A stretch of 64,000 nt of DNA from an uncultured Actinomycetota bacterium (GTDB taxonomy: Bacteria; Actinomycetota; Actinomycetes; JACCUZ01), in the NCBI GenBank assembly GCA_963829565.1, contig CAWHJC010000021.1, positions 217,835 to 281,834 of the forward strand, read 5' to 3'. The notes under the pieces were generated by a model. It was given only the letters and a program-made list of their open reading frames with translations, did not search any database and had not been told where the DNA came from. Made by a program: the position numbers and the translations under genes. Below are positions 54,168 to 64,000 of the stretch, one piece after another; the first letter of the stretch is position 1, and each line of letters opens with the position of its first letter.

Positions 54168-54830
54168 TCACTCTGCTACGCGGCGCACGAGGAGGGAAGG
54201 GGTGCTGCTGAGACGGCGGTCCAGCAGGTGGGCGCCGGCCGCGAGGCCGAGGAACAGCAGGGCGACCGCCGCTGAGTTGAGCAGGACCCGCGGGTACCCG
54301 TGGTCGCCGACGTCGAGGAACGGATAGGGGTAGTAGTCGCCCACGAGAGGCCCCCGCACGAGAGCGAAGACCAGCCAGCCCACCGGGAACAGCACCGCGA
54401 GCCGGACGATCCGCCAGGACGTTCGGCCACGAGGCCCGAAGAACAGCCATCCGATCAGGCACAGCACCGGGGACGCCGTGTGCAGCAGGAAATCGGCGGT
54501 TCGGGCCAGTCCCTCGAGGTCCTGCAGATCGGCCAGCGCGAGGTGGAACACGACAAACGTGACGGTGATGCACAAGACGCCGTCAAGCCGGAGCACCCAG
54601 AACCACGTGGGCTTGGCGCCCACGCGTACTGCGAGCAGGGCGCACGTCACCATCACGATCAGGTTCGACTGGACGGTGAAGAAGCAGAACACGTTGAGGA
54701 TCCGGCCGGCGCGCGAGTCGAAGAACCCGCTGTCGAGCTGAGCCGTGGCCACCAGCTGGACGACGATGCCGACTGCCACCACCAGGGCCGTCGCGGCGAA
54801 CCACAGCCGGGCAAGGACGATCTTCTTCAC
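54168..54830 (-). CDS. Pr6Pr-family membrane protein
   Basis: FCFFTVQSN, LLHTASP, YYPYPFLDV..GY; -10 TAGCCT upstream. Confidence 0.8.
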   Translation of the reverse strand: MKKIVLARLWFAATALVVAVGIVVQLVATAQLDSGFFDSRAGRILNVFCFFTVQSNLIVMVTCALLAVRVGAKPTWFWVLRLDGVLCITVTFVVFHLALADLQDLEGLARTADFLLHTASPVLCLIGWLFFGPRGRTSWRIVRLAVLFPVGWLVFALVRGPLVGDYYPYPFLDVGDHGYPRVLLNSAAVALLFLGLAAGAHLLDRRLSSTPSLLVRRVAE

Positions 54831-55013
54831 GCAGGTGAGGCTACGGGTGTGGCGGGGCGGTCCCTCGAACCGCGATAGGGTGTGGGCACGTCGTGGCTCG
54901 ACGCTCAGAAGCGCCGGACCCTGAAGGTCGAGGCAGCCGCCTCCCTCGAAGCGATCAGCGCGGTCAGGCCCAGATCCGGCTCTTCCGTGTGTGAGCACGC
55001 CAGGGCAGGCACC

Positions 55014-56129
55014 GTGACCGGGTTCGGACCACACGTACCGCTGAGCATCGCGATGATCGCGCCGCCGTGGTTCACCGTCCCACCGCACGGCTACGGCGGC
55101 GTGGAGAACGTCTGCGCCGACCTGATCGCCGGGCTGATGACGCGTGGGCACGCGGTCACCTTGATCGGCGCCGGAGCGAGCGGCACACCCGCCTCGTTCG
55201 TCGCGACGTACGACGAGCCACCGAGCAGCCGGCTCGGCGAGCCGCTCCCCGAGGTGCTGCACGCGGCTGCCGCAGCGGCCGCCCTCGCAGACCTCGACAT
55301 CGACGTCGTCCACGACCACACGCTGGCCGGCCCGCTGCAGGCCAGGAACCGCAAGGCACCGACCGTCGTCACGATGCACGGCCCGGTCGCGGGCGAGGCC
55401 GGCGAGTACTACCGGCAGCTGGGGCAGACGATCGACCTGGTCGCGATCTCGGCCGCCCAGCGCCGCGCGGCGCCGGACCTGCCGTGGGCGGGGATGGTGC
55501 ACAACGCGGTCAACGTCGAGGACTTCCCGTTCCGTGAGCACAAGGACGAGATGGTCCTGTTCCTCGGCAGGTTGCACCCCGACAAGGCCGTGCACCTGGC
55601 GATCGACGCGGCGCGGGCAGCCGGCCTGCCGATCGTGGTGGCGGGCAAGTGCAGTGAGCCGGTGGAGCGTGACTACTTCGCGACCCACATCCAGCCGCGG
55701 CTGGGACCGGACGTGACGATCTTCGGACCGGCCGACGCCATGGCGAAGCGTGACCTGCTCTCCCGGGCGGCCGCGCTTGTCTTCCCGATCGTCTGGGACG
55801 AGCCGTTCGGCATGGTGATGATCGAGGCGATGGCCTGCGGGACGCCGGTCGTCGCGCTGCGCCGCGGCTCCGTGCCGGAGGTCGTCGTGGACGGCGTGAC
55901 GGGGATGGTCTGTGACACCGCGGACCAGCTGCCCGACGCGATCCACGCGGCCCGCCGGCTCGACCCAGCAGCCGCCCGGGCGCACGTCCGGACGACGTTC
56001 GACGTCGCCACCATGGCCGAGGGTTACGAGGCGGTCTATCGCGCGAGCATCGCGTCGCGGCGCGCGGGCAAGATCTCGCCAGTGCGACTTCCCCGCTCCC
56101 GGATGGAGCCGGACGTGCGCATCGCCTGA
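55014..56129 (+). CDS. Glycosyltransferase family 4
   Basis: VPPHGYGGVE, HDH, FLGRLHPDK, EPFGMVMIEAMACGTPV. Confidence 0.92.
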   Translation: MTGFGPHVPLSIAMIAPPWFTVPPHGYGGVENVCADLIAGLMTRGHAVTLIGAGASGTPASFVATYDEPPSSRLGEPLPEVLHAAAAAAALADLDIDVVHDHTLAGPLQARNRKAPTVVTMHGPVAGEAGEYYRQLGQTIDLVAISAAQRRAAPDLPWAGMVHNAVNVEDFPFREHKDEMVLFLGRLHPDKAVHLAIDAARAAGLPIVVAGKCSEPVERDYFATHIQPRLGPDVTIFGPADAMAKRDLLSRAAALVFPIVWDEPFGMVMIEAMACGTPVVALRRGSVPEVVVDGVTGMVCDTADQLPDAIHAARRLDPAAARAHVRTTFDVATMAEGYEAVYRASIASRRAGKISPVRLPRSRMEPDVRIA

Positions 56130-56191
56130 GCGCCCTGGATGAGACAGCCGAGCCTGGAAGGGTCGAAAGGTCGTAATCGGGGTACGGTTGT

Positions 56192-56959
56192 ATGAGCCCG
56201 GAAATCACGACATCCCGCCTTGAGATGCCTCTTCAGTCCGGCTTCCGAAGGACGCGCGATGTCGCTGTTCCGTCGAACCCCCAACTTGCTCAGTCGAGCG
56301 ACGTAGTCCTGTACACGCTGCAGGACGGGACGATCTCGCCGACGCGACCACGGCTGCGAGCCGTGATGCGTCACCTCGCCCTGAGTCTGTTGAGTGCCAA
56401 CGTCATACCCGGCGCGATCTTCTACGTGTGCCTGATGACGATGAACGTCTGGGCGGCACTGGTGGCCGCGCTCGCCTGGTGTTACGGCGCGATGGGCTGG
56501 CGATTGGCCACCCGCCGGCGGATGTCCGGACTGCTCGTCCTCGCCGTGATCGGGCTGACCGCCAAGACGGCTTTGACGTTCGCCAGTGGCGACACGTTCA
56601 TCTACTTCGTCCAACCCGCGGTGAACAACGGCGTGATCGCGCTGGTGTCGTTGCTGTCCCTGGCGACGGCACGCCCCGTGGTCGCACGGCTCGCGGCCGA
56701 CTTCTACCCGATGGACGAGGACATCGCCAAGCGGCCTAGGGTCCAGCAGCTGTTCTGGCGGCTGACCTTGCTCTGGGCTGTCGTGTGTCTCGTGAAGGCA
56801 CTGGCGACGATCTGGCTGCTGCAGTCGCAGACACTGCCGACGCTGGTCCTGGTGAAGACCCTCGGGTTCCCGGTGGTGACAGTCCTCGCGGTCGTCGTGA
56901 CCGTGGCCGCCGCAATCCGGGTTGCCCGCGTGGAGGGTCTGCTGCCGGCCCGGGCCTGA
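56192..56959 (+). CDS. VC0807-like membrane protein (start uncertain)
   Basis: About six TMs; SGDTFIYFVQP, RPVVARLA.DF, LTLLW. Confidence 0.65.
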   Translation: MSPEITTSRLEMPLQSGFRRTRDVAVPSNPQLAQSSDVVLYTLQDGTISPTRPRLRAVMRHLALSLLSANVIPGAIFYVCLMTMNVWAALVAALAWCYGAMGWRLATRRRMSGLLVLAVIGLTAKTALTFASGDTFIYFVQPAVNNGVIALVSLLSLATARPVVARLAADFYPMDEDIAKRPRVQQLFWRLTLLWAVVCLVKALATIWLLQSQTLPTLVLVKTLGFPVVTVLAVVVTVAAAIRVARVEGLLPARA

Positions 56960-57087
56960 TGTGGCTGCATTGACAGGGACCACTCTCAAGGGGCGGGGCG
57001 TGAGCGGGTCGACCTGCTCGCCAGTACCCTGTCCGCAGGCCCAGTTTGAGCGCGCGCGGACAGTCTCCGCGTCTCCTCTTGCACCCG

Positions 57088-57163
57088 GCCCCCGTAGCTC
57101 AGGGGATAGAGCGTCGGTTTCCTAAACCGTGCGTCGCAGGTTCGAATCCTGCCGGGGGCACCA
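57088..57163 (+). tRNA. tRNA-Arg(CCT)
   Basis: GCCCCCGTAGCTCAGGGGATAGAGC..TTCCTAA..GGTTCGAATCCTGCCGGGGGCACCA. Confidence 0.96.
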
Positions 57164-57192
57164 CTGCCGGGGCACCACTGCCGGGTGCACGA
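57149..57192 (+). repeat. Three tandem copies of the tRNA-Arg 3' end
   Basis: CTGCCGGGGGCACCA / CTGCCGGGGCACCA / CTGCCGGGTGCACGA. Confidence 0.85.
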
Positions 57193-57214
57193 CTCTGATG
57201 TCTCAGGACATCGG

Positions 57215-57258
57215 AATGGGCCGGACCTGCAATCTGCAGGTTCGGCCTATTTCTATGT
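57215..57258 (+). terminator. Hairpin terminator downstream of tRNA-Arg
   Basis: AATGGGCCGGACCTGCA-ATC-TGCAGGTTCGGCCTATT followed by a T-rich tail. Confidence 0.65.
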
Positions 57259-57500
57259 GTCCGGGAAAGCGGGTCAGGCTCCGGGGATGTCGTGTGCACG
57301 ACCTGCGCCCGGTGCTTCTCGAGCAACGAGTGGTTGACGGAGACTCACGCCCTTCCCGACCAGCAGGATGAAGCGAGGGTTGTGGAGCTGGCGGCGAGAG
57401 AACTGGCGGCCTTGGGTGCCCGGTGGCGGAATCCGCTTGACCTGTTCCCCGGCAAGAGCGCACATTCCAGTCAGGGGATGGGTGGCCGTAGGGGGATGGA

Positions 57501-58171
57501 ATGGCCAGCGACACTCAGAACACCAGCGCTCCGGACGTGATCGTCGGGGGCTTGCCCCAGCCGCGGCCTGAGGTGGTCATCATCGGCCCGGAGCCGCAGA
57601 CGCCTGGGCGTGGTTCGCCTCACCGGAGCGTGGGGCGGTGGTCGTTGGACAACTGGCTCGCGCTGACCGCGATCGTGGTGTCAGCTGCAGCGGCGGCCGT
57701 CTCCATCGTCGTCTCGAAGGACGCCACCGGCGAAGCGATCGCGTATCAGGACGGCATTCGCCAGCGCGCCCAGGCTGAGCGCGTTGTCTTCGTGAATACG
57801 TCTTCACAGATCGTGCAGAACTACTCCAGTCTGCCGATCCTCCAGGTGGTGTTGGAGGTGCAAGGAAAGCGCAGCGGAGACGGCATCATGTTGTTCCTAC
57901 CCACCCTGGCCCGTGCCAGGAGATCAATACCCAGAAGGTGTACAAGTACGAATGGGCAGGGAACCGGTACGTCCGCATCCGTTTCTTGGACGTGTCGAAT
58001 CGTGAGTGGGTCCGAGACCTCAATGGTGCCTTGCGCCGCGGGGAGAATGTGCCGGTCATGGGTGCGGAGCCGGAGAAGTATCGCGAGCACGCGATGCTGA
58101 TTCCGCCGGCGCGGAGCATCGATTTCAGTGAGGTGCCGCGCGCGCCGATCAAAGGCTGTGTGCCCGGCTAA
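57501..58171 (+). CDS. Hypothetical single-TM protein in a lower-GC islet (frameshift near 57905)
   Basis: TM WLALTAIVVSAAAAAVSIVV, RAQAERV, then IRFLDVSNREWVRDLNGAL in the next frame. Confidence 0.55.
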
Positions 58172-58323
58172 TGGCGATGGAGGTGCCAGGCGAGACGCCA
58201 CCACCATCGGTAGCTCTCGGGGGGCGGAGGCCGAGATGCCGGTCAGGCGGTTGGCCGCACCAGACCGCGCACTCGCTCCTATCGACAACCATCTGAGCGA
58301 ACACCTCACAGAGGTAAAGTCGT

Positions 58324-58593
58324 GTGGTGCGCGGCGACAGGGTGGAGATCGTCATCGATGCGGGTGACGAGGTGCGCACGTACGACGTCGTGGCTACCCG
58401 CAACGGCCGTCGGGTAGAGATCAACACCGGCCGCGGAATCGTCGAGGTGGCGGAGGTGACCCGGGGCGGAACTCCTGTCCGGACTGCGCGCTTCATGGCC
58501 AACCGGATCCTGGCCCTCGTCGAACACCCCGCGACCGATCGGAACATCGCCCAGGACGTCCTCGACACGCCATCGGGTGTCGCCGAGCACTGA
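58324..58593 (+). CDS. Conserved small hypothetical protein
   Basis: GDRVEIVIDAGD..RTYDVVATRNGRRVE..RTARFMANRILALVEHP; GAGG RBS. Confidence 0.7.
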   Translation: MVRGDRVEIVIDAGDEVRTYDVVATRNGRRVEINTGRGIVEVAEVTRGGTPVRTARFMANRILALVEHPATDRNIAQDVLDTPSGVAEH

Positions 58594-58934
58594 CTGGCGC
58601 GGGCACCGGATACTCACGACATCGGCCCCCTCCCAACTCTTCCCAGGAGCTCCCTGCAGTGCTGTAGTGGGAGTGCGCCCCGGACCCGGCGTTGACCTAC
58701 GAGCCGGTCTTCGCGCTGTGAGGTCGATTCAGTTCTTGAACCCCCTCGCGCACCACGATCAACCCCGCCAGAATCGGGCACCCCGAAGGCCACCCACACG
58801 CAGGCCAGTTCAGCGTCCGAACCACACGGGAGCAGCGACGGGGAAAGGCCGCCGGTGTCGGAACGCCCCCCATGGCGCAGTGGGGGGCGTCTCCATGTCC
58901 GGGGCCGGGATGTCCTGGGCCGGGATCACCTTTG

Positions 58935-58997
58935 TTCAACCCGATGGTTGACAACACGACGCCGGCGGTCGTACGTTGTGTTCAACCGAATGGTTGA
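58935..58997. promoter_or_regulatory. Two ArsR autoregulatory palindromes
   Basis: TCAACCCGATGGTTGA and TCAACCGAATGGTTGA; the second overlaps the start codon. Confidence 0.75.
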
Positions 58998-59382
58998 GCA
59001 ACTGGAGGAGGCTGTGGCGGCTGACGCGCTGTCCCGGGTGTTCTCGGCCCTGGCCGATCCCACCCGGCGCGACATGGTGGCCAGGCTCACCGTCGCAGAC
59101 GCCACGGTGAACGAGCTCGCCGAGCCCTACGACGTGACCGTCCAGGCCGTCTCCAAGCACCTCAAGGTGCTCGAGGACGCCGGCCTGGTCAGCCGCAGCC
59201 GGGAGGCCCAGCGCCGCCCGGTGCACCTCGAGGCGGAGGTCTTCGACCTGATGACCAAGTGGATCGAGCGCTACCGCCAACAGGCCGAGGAGCGCTACCG
59301 CCGCCTCGACGACGTCCTCCGGTCGATGCCGGACGACGTCGAGCCCACCCCACCACCACGCAGGAAAGGACCACGGTCGTGA
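58990..59382 (+). CDS. ArsR-family regulator (Cys-free, SRPBCC-associated)
   Basis: FSALADPTRR..ELAEPY..AVSKHLKVLEDAGLV. Confidence 0.88.
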   Translation: MVEQLEEAVAADALSRVFSALADPTRRDMVARLTVADATVNELAEPYDVTVQAVSKHLKVLEDAGLVSRSREAQRRPVHLEAEVFDLMTKWIERYRQQAEERYRRLDDVLRSMPDDVEPTPPPRRKGPRS

Positions 59383-59862
59383 CCATGACCAGCACCCACG
59401 AGACCCAGATCATCAGCCGACCCCGACGTACCCCTCGTCCGGATCATCCGCGAGTTCGACGCCCCGCCGGAGAAGGTGTTCCGCGCCCACACCGACCCCG
59501 AGCTGATCGTCCAGTGGCTCGGCCCGCGCGACCTGACGATGACGGTCGACCACTACGACTGCCGCACCGGCGGCTCCTACCGCTACGTCCACAAGCGCGA
59601 CGACGAGGAGTACTGCTTCAACGGCTGCTTCCACGAGGTACGCCCGTCGGAGCTGATCGTCCAGACGTTCGCGTTCGAGGGCTTCCCCGACAGCGTCGCC
59701 CTGGAGCGGATGGTCCTCGAGGACATCGGCAACGGCCGGACCCGGCTGACGGCGACGTCGCTGGTCGACTCCTTCGAGAGCCGAGACGCCTTCGTCGCCA
59801 GCGGCATGGAGGTCGGGGTCCGCGAGGGCTACGAGCGTCTCGACGAGCTGCTCGCCGGCTGA
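59379..59862 (+). CDS. SRPBCC/AHSA1-like protein (frameshift near 59415)
   Basis: REFDAPPEKVFRAHTDP..WLGP, SGMEVGVREGYERLDELL. Confidence 0.85.
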
Positions 59863-60017
59863 GGCACCGGGGCGGCCGTGGTCCACCGCGGCCACGGTCG
59901 CCCGCGCGCGCGTAGCCGCTGATCATCGCGGCGGCAGCGAGCGTATGCTCACGGCAACAGACAGCGCCCGTCCCGGACCCCGACGTTCGCCCTCGGCACC
60001 CGGGAAGCGGCGGAGTC

Positions 60018-61070
60018 ATGGTCACTACAGCAGTCCGCGACACCCTCACCACGCGCGCAGACCGGGCCGGCTCCGACTTCTCCGAGCTGTCGAAGCGGGT
60101 CAAGAACGCCGGCCTGCTCCACCGCCGTCCGGCCCACGCCGCCCTGATGATCGGCGGCACCGCCGCGCTCTACATCGCCGGATGGGTCGTGTTCGTGCTG
60201 CTCGGTCCGAGCTGGTGGCAGCTCTTGACGGCGGCCTTCCTCGGGGTGATGTTCACCCAGCTCGGCTTCCTCGGTCACGACGTGGGGCACAAGCAGGTCT
60301 TCCGGACCCGCCGCGCCGCCTACGCCTTCGGGCTGGTCGCCGGCAACGCCTGTCTCGGCCTCAGCTACGGCTGGTGGCTGGACAAGCACAATCGCCACCA
60401 CGCCCACCCGAACGACCTCGAGCGCGACCCTGACGTCCGTCCCGGCGCCCTCGTCTTCGACGCTACCCACGCGGCACAACGGCGTGGGGTGGCGCGGCTT
60501 CTGACCGCCGTCCAGGCCTACCTCTTCTTCCCACTGCTCCTTCTCGAGGGCCTGCACCTGCACATGTCCAGCGTGCGCGCCGTCCGCAGCGGCCCGGTCC
60601 CGGCCCGGTGGCTGGAAGGTGGGCTGCTGCTCGGCCACCTCGCCGCGTACGTCGGGATCGTCGCGCTCGTCCTCGACCCCTGGCAGTCGGTCGCGTTCCT
60701 CGCCGTCCAGCAGGGCGTCTTCGGGCTGTACATGGGGGTCTCGTTCGCCCCCAACCACAAGGGGATGCCCAGTGAGCGACCCGAGGACAACTGGGACTAC
60801 CTGCGCCGCCAGGTCCTGACGTCACGCAACGTGCGCGGCGGACCGTTCGTCGACCTCGCGCTGGGCGGGCTCAACTACCAGATCGAGCACCACCTGTTCC
60901 CGAGCATGCCGCGCTCGTCACTCCGTCGTGCGCAGCCTCTGGTCCGCGCCTTCTGCGCCGAGCGCGGCATCTCCTACGCCGAGGCAAGCGTCGTCGGGTC
61001 CTACCGCAAGGCGCTCGGCCACCTCAACGCCGTCGGCAGCAAGACCGCCGCTGGAGACGCCACGGCCTGA
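60018..61070 (+). CDS. Fatty acid desaturase (front-end/delta-6-like)
   Basis: HDVGH, HNRHH, QIEHHLFP. Confidence 0.92.
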   Translation: MVTTAVRDTLTTRADRAGSDFSELSKRVKNAGLLHRRPAHAALMIGGTAALYIAGWVVFVLLGPSWWQLLTAAFLGVMFTQLGFLGHDVGHKQVFRTRRAAYAFGLVAGNACLGLSYGWWLDKHNRHHAHPNDLERDPDVRPGALVFDATHAAQRRGVARLLTAVQAYLFFPLLLLEGLHLHMSSVRAVRSGPVPARWLEGGLLLGHLAAYVGIVALVLDPWQSVAFLAVQQGVFGLYMGVSFAPNHKGMPSERPEDNWDYLRRQVLTSRNVRGGPFVDLALGGLNYQIEHHLFPSMPRSSLRRAQPLVRAFCAERGISYAEASVVGSYRKALGHLNAVGSKTAAGDATA

Positions 61071-61181
61071 TCCGCCGTACTGAAGCGCGAAGAGGGTAAA
61101 GAACCGGTAAAGCCGTGCCGATCCATTACTGTGCGTCGCAAACCGGCGGTGCCTTACGGGGGAACGGAGGGGTGTCGGCGA

Positions 61182-62657
61182 ATGACCCAGGTCAACCTCG
61201 CCGCGTTGCGCAACGTGCAGCGACTGATCGTCCGGCTCAATGCCGAGGCGAACCTCGCCGCCACGCTGCGCGCCGTGGTCGACGGCGTCGTGGAGGGGCT
61301 CGGCTTCGGCGTCGCCGTGGTCAGCCTGGTCCACGACGACCGGACGGTCGAGGTGGTCACCGTCGCCGGCCCGCAGGACGTGAGCGACACCCTGCTCGGC
61401 AAGCGCAACCCGCTCGAGAAGTGGGAGCGCGCGTTCGCGCGGTCCCACCCGTGGGGGGCGCTGCGGTTCGAGCCCCACGACGCTCGCCGACCTCGACGAC
61501 CTGCCGAGCTGGGTTCCCGACCTCCCCATCCTCGGAAGACGCCGACGCCTGGCACCCCCTCGACGCGCTCTACGCACCGCTGCACTCCATCTCCGGCGAG
61601 CTGGTCGGCATCCTGTCCGTCGACCTGCCGGAGGACGGCCGCAAGCCCGGCGAGCTGCAGCGGGAGATGCTGGAGATGTACGCCACGCAGGCCGGCATCG
61701 CCATCGACAACGCCCGCCTGTCGGAGCGGCTGCGGGCCAGCGAGGAGTCCTTCCGGCTCGCGTTCGAGAACGCGCCGTTCGGCATGTCCATCGTCGACTT
61801 CACGCCGGGCACCGCCGGTCGGTTCCTGCGGGTCAACGAGGCGATGTGCCGGATGCTGGGCTACAGCCGGCGGGAGCTGCAGGAGCGCAGCATCGCCGAC
61901 ATCACCCACCCCGACCACAGGTCGGCGGACAACGAGGTGATCCGCCGGGCCACCAGCGGCGAGATCGACCACTACCAGCTCGAGAAGCGCTACCTGCGGG
62001 CCGACGGCCAGCCGGTCTGGGTCTCGCTGCAGACCTCCATCGTCCGCGACAGCCGCGGGAGCGCGCTCTACGGGATCTCGCAGTTCGAGGACATCAGCAA
62101 CCGGCAGGGCCGAGCACCAGGAGCTCACCCGACGGGCCCGGGTCGACCCTCTGACCGGTCTGCTCAACCGGGCCGCGCTCTCCGAGCAGGTGGAGGCGGC
62201 GATCTCCGAGGCTCGCCGCTCGCGACGGTTCGGCGCCGTGCTGTTCTGCGACCTCGACGCCTTCAAGCCGGTCAACGACACCCACGGCCACGCCGTCGGG
62301 GACCAGGTCCTGGCGATCGTCGCGAAGCGCCTCGAGTCGCAGGTCCGGGCGCGGGACACCGCCTCCCGCTTCGGCGGCGACGAGTTCGTCGTGGTCGCCG
62401 ACGACCTCAGCGGGGCGATGCTCGCCGACCTGGTCGCCCGCCTGCGGGAGGCGGTGGCGGCGCCGATCGACGTGGCCGGTGTGACGGTCGAGCTGTCGGT
62501 CACCGTCGGGACCGTCGCCGTGACCGGCGCGGACGACGAGACCGCCGACGGGCTGGTCGCTGCCGCGGACGTGGACATGTATCTCCGCAAGCCCGGCTCG
62601 GTCGGGCTCCAGTCGTCGTCCCGCGAGGGAGCCGACGACGGCGGCGGGGGCCGCTGA
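61182..62657 (+). CDS. GAF-PAS-GGDEF diguanylate cyclase (CdgB-like); frameshifts near 61485 and 62105
   Basis: GILSVDLP, AIDNARL, PAS (ITHPD..EKRY), DPLTGLLNR, RARD I-site and RFGGDEF. Confidence 0.88.
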
Positions 62658-62684
62658 CCTCAGCGGCGGAGTGCTGGTCCGGGA

Positions 62685-62759
62685 GAAGGCGGGACCCCGG
62701 AGCCGGGGGGATGGCTTCGGGGTCCCTGTACGCGGCAGCGGGGGGGTTGCCTGCCACGC
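62685..62759 (-). ncRNA. 6C RNA
   Basis: Two adjacent hairpins with C-rich loops: GCGTGGCAG-GCAACCCCCCCG-CTGCCGCG and GGGACCCCGAAGCC-ATCCCCCC-GGCTCCGGGGTCCC. Confidence 0.85.
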
Positions 62760-62800
62760 ACTTCCTGGGGCGGCGCGCCGTGCACGCCGGTGGTGCTGGG

Positions 62801-63560
62801 CTAGAGCACCCTTCCGTACGACACGTTCGACGACCAGGCCCGGTGCTTGCCGACTCCGGTGCTCGGGTTGGAGGCCTCCCACCAGTAGCCGCTGCCGGCG
62901 TAGATGGCCACGTGACCGATGCTGCCGCCGCCGCCGTTGTAGACGAAGACCAGGTCGCCGGGCTGCGGGCTGGAGACCCGGGTGGCGACCGAGTACTGCG
63001 CCGACGAGGAGTGGGGCAGGGAGATCCCGACCTTGCCGAAGACGTAGGACGTGAAGCCGGAGCAGTCGAACCCGCTCGGGCCGGCACCGCCGTACGCGTA
63101 GTAGGCACCCGACGCGACCTCTGCGGCGATCTGCAGGACGTGGGCCGCGGACGCGCTCATCCGCTCGACGCCGCGGGACGCGGTCGTCTGCGTCCGGGCC
63201 TCCGCGGCGCGCTTCTCGGCCGCGCGCTTCTCGGCCAGCGCGCTTGGCCTTGCGCCGGGCCTCTGCGCGGGCCTTGGCCTTGGCGATGCGCTCGGCGCGA
63301 TCCTGCCGGGCGTCATCGACAGCGTCCCGCAGCGCGACGACGTTCGCCGGGTCCGCGAGGTCGTAGACGACCTCGCTGGCGTGCGCGACCGGCTTGGTCC
63401 GCACCTTGGTCGTGGTCGGCGTTGCCTGGGCGACGACGGTGCCGGTGATCGACAACGTGCCCGCGACGCCAGCAGCGACGCCTAGGTGCAGGGGGCTGAC
63501 GTTGACCCGGCTGAACTGCGCGATCTGGGAAAGCCGAGTCGGGCGGCGATGCTTGGACAA
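62801..63560 (-). CDS. Secreted NlpC/P60 peptidoglycan endopeptidase (frameshift near 63245-63290)
   Basis: TTG start LSKHRRP; YAYGGAGPSGFDCSGFT, PGDLVF, HVAIY. Confidence 0.88.
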
Positions 63561-63574
63561 ACGTGCTTCCTCTC

Positions 63575-63733
63575 CCACGCCTACGAGGTGAGCTGTCGGG
63601 TTCGGGCGGGAGATGCCCGGCCGCACGAGTGCGGCTTAACCCCTAGGACCCCTGAGGGCCCACGATTCGTGGGTCCCCCGCTCCTGCCAGGCGTCGATCG
63701 GCGAGCAGCGCGCGAGGGGCAGGATTCGGCGGC
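63575..63733 (-). ncRNA. c-di-AMP (ydaO/yuaA) riboswitch
   Basis: CGCCGAATCC..GGAGCGGGGGACCC..GGGGTTAAGCCG..CGGCCGGGC..CCCGAACCCGACAGCTCACCTCGTAGGCG upstream of a cell-wall hydrolase. Confidence 0.93.
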
Positions 63734-63869
63734 CACGCACGCACCTGTCCGGAGGACCCGAGCAGGCGGAGGAAGGCTACGGGACGGCTGGTTGCAGAGA
63801 CAAACCCACCCCCCTCCCGCGCGCGTCGCGAGCGCTGGAGGGCCGAAACCCGCCCAAACCGGCCTTCCG

Positions 63870-64000
63870 TCACCCGCTGTCGGCGGCGGCACCGGCCACC
63901 ATCGGCAGCCCGGCCGGCCCGGCGGCCTCGAAGTCGTCGTCGACGTGGACGACGTCGCGCCCGCGGGCGGACAGCAGCGAAGCCGCCACGGCCGCCCGGA
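63870..64000 (-). CDS. C-terminus of a rhodanese-domain protein (partial)
   Basis: RAAVAASLLSARGRDVVHVDDDF...*. Confidence 0.6.
   Translation of the reverse strand, partial: RAAVAASLLSARGRDVVHVDDDFEAAGPAGLPMVAGAAADSG

Noticed and set aside
57149-57192. Possible CRISPR array
   Set aside because: Units are 14-15 bp with no spacers, match the tRNA 3' end, and no cas genes are present.

Overview
High-GC actinomycete (Actinomycetota) chromosomal window. About 20 genes, including essential ones (glmU, metG, ispE), carry single-base frameshifts, which points to long-read indel errors rather than pseudogenes. The backbone follows conserved actinobacterial gene order: pth-rplY-prs-glmU-tRNA-Gln, desaturase-TetR, tam/tamR, ABC-F-ispE-rsmA-rpfB-tatD-metG, rsmI/pmt, tRNA-Ala, sepX/glpR-rimJ-moaCB-moeA-galU, 5-formyl-THF cyclo-ligase, FmdB-MTAP-SAF-mscL. 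An accessory block (about 31.4-44.9 kb) carries a second secDF, a copper-regulated DUF4396 gene, an arsenic cluster, a CDF exporter and chrBA. Further right are a form I CO dehydrogenase (coxMSL plus XdhC-YHS), tRNA-Arg with tandem copies of its 3' end, a diguanylate cyclase, a 6C RNA and a c-di-AMP riboswitch ahead of an NlpC/P60 gene. The two strongest finds are (1) an unannotated ArsR-controlled mini-operon ending in a 13-aa, 5-Cys peptide (MDDCCESCDTGCC) with a near-perfect RBS, and (2) a secreted leader ORF ending in RGPP whose last codons can pair with the secDF Shine-Dalgarno sequence, i.e. a ribosome-arrest sensor. All calls come from reading the sequence; no searches were run.
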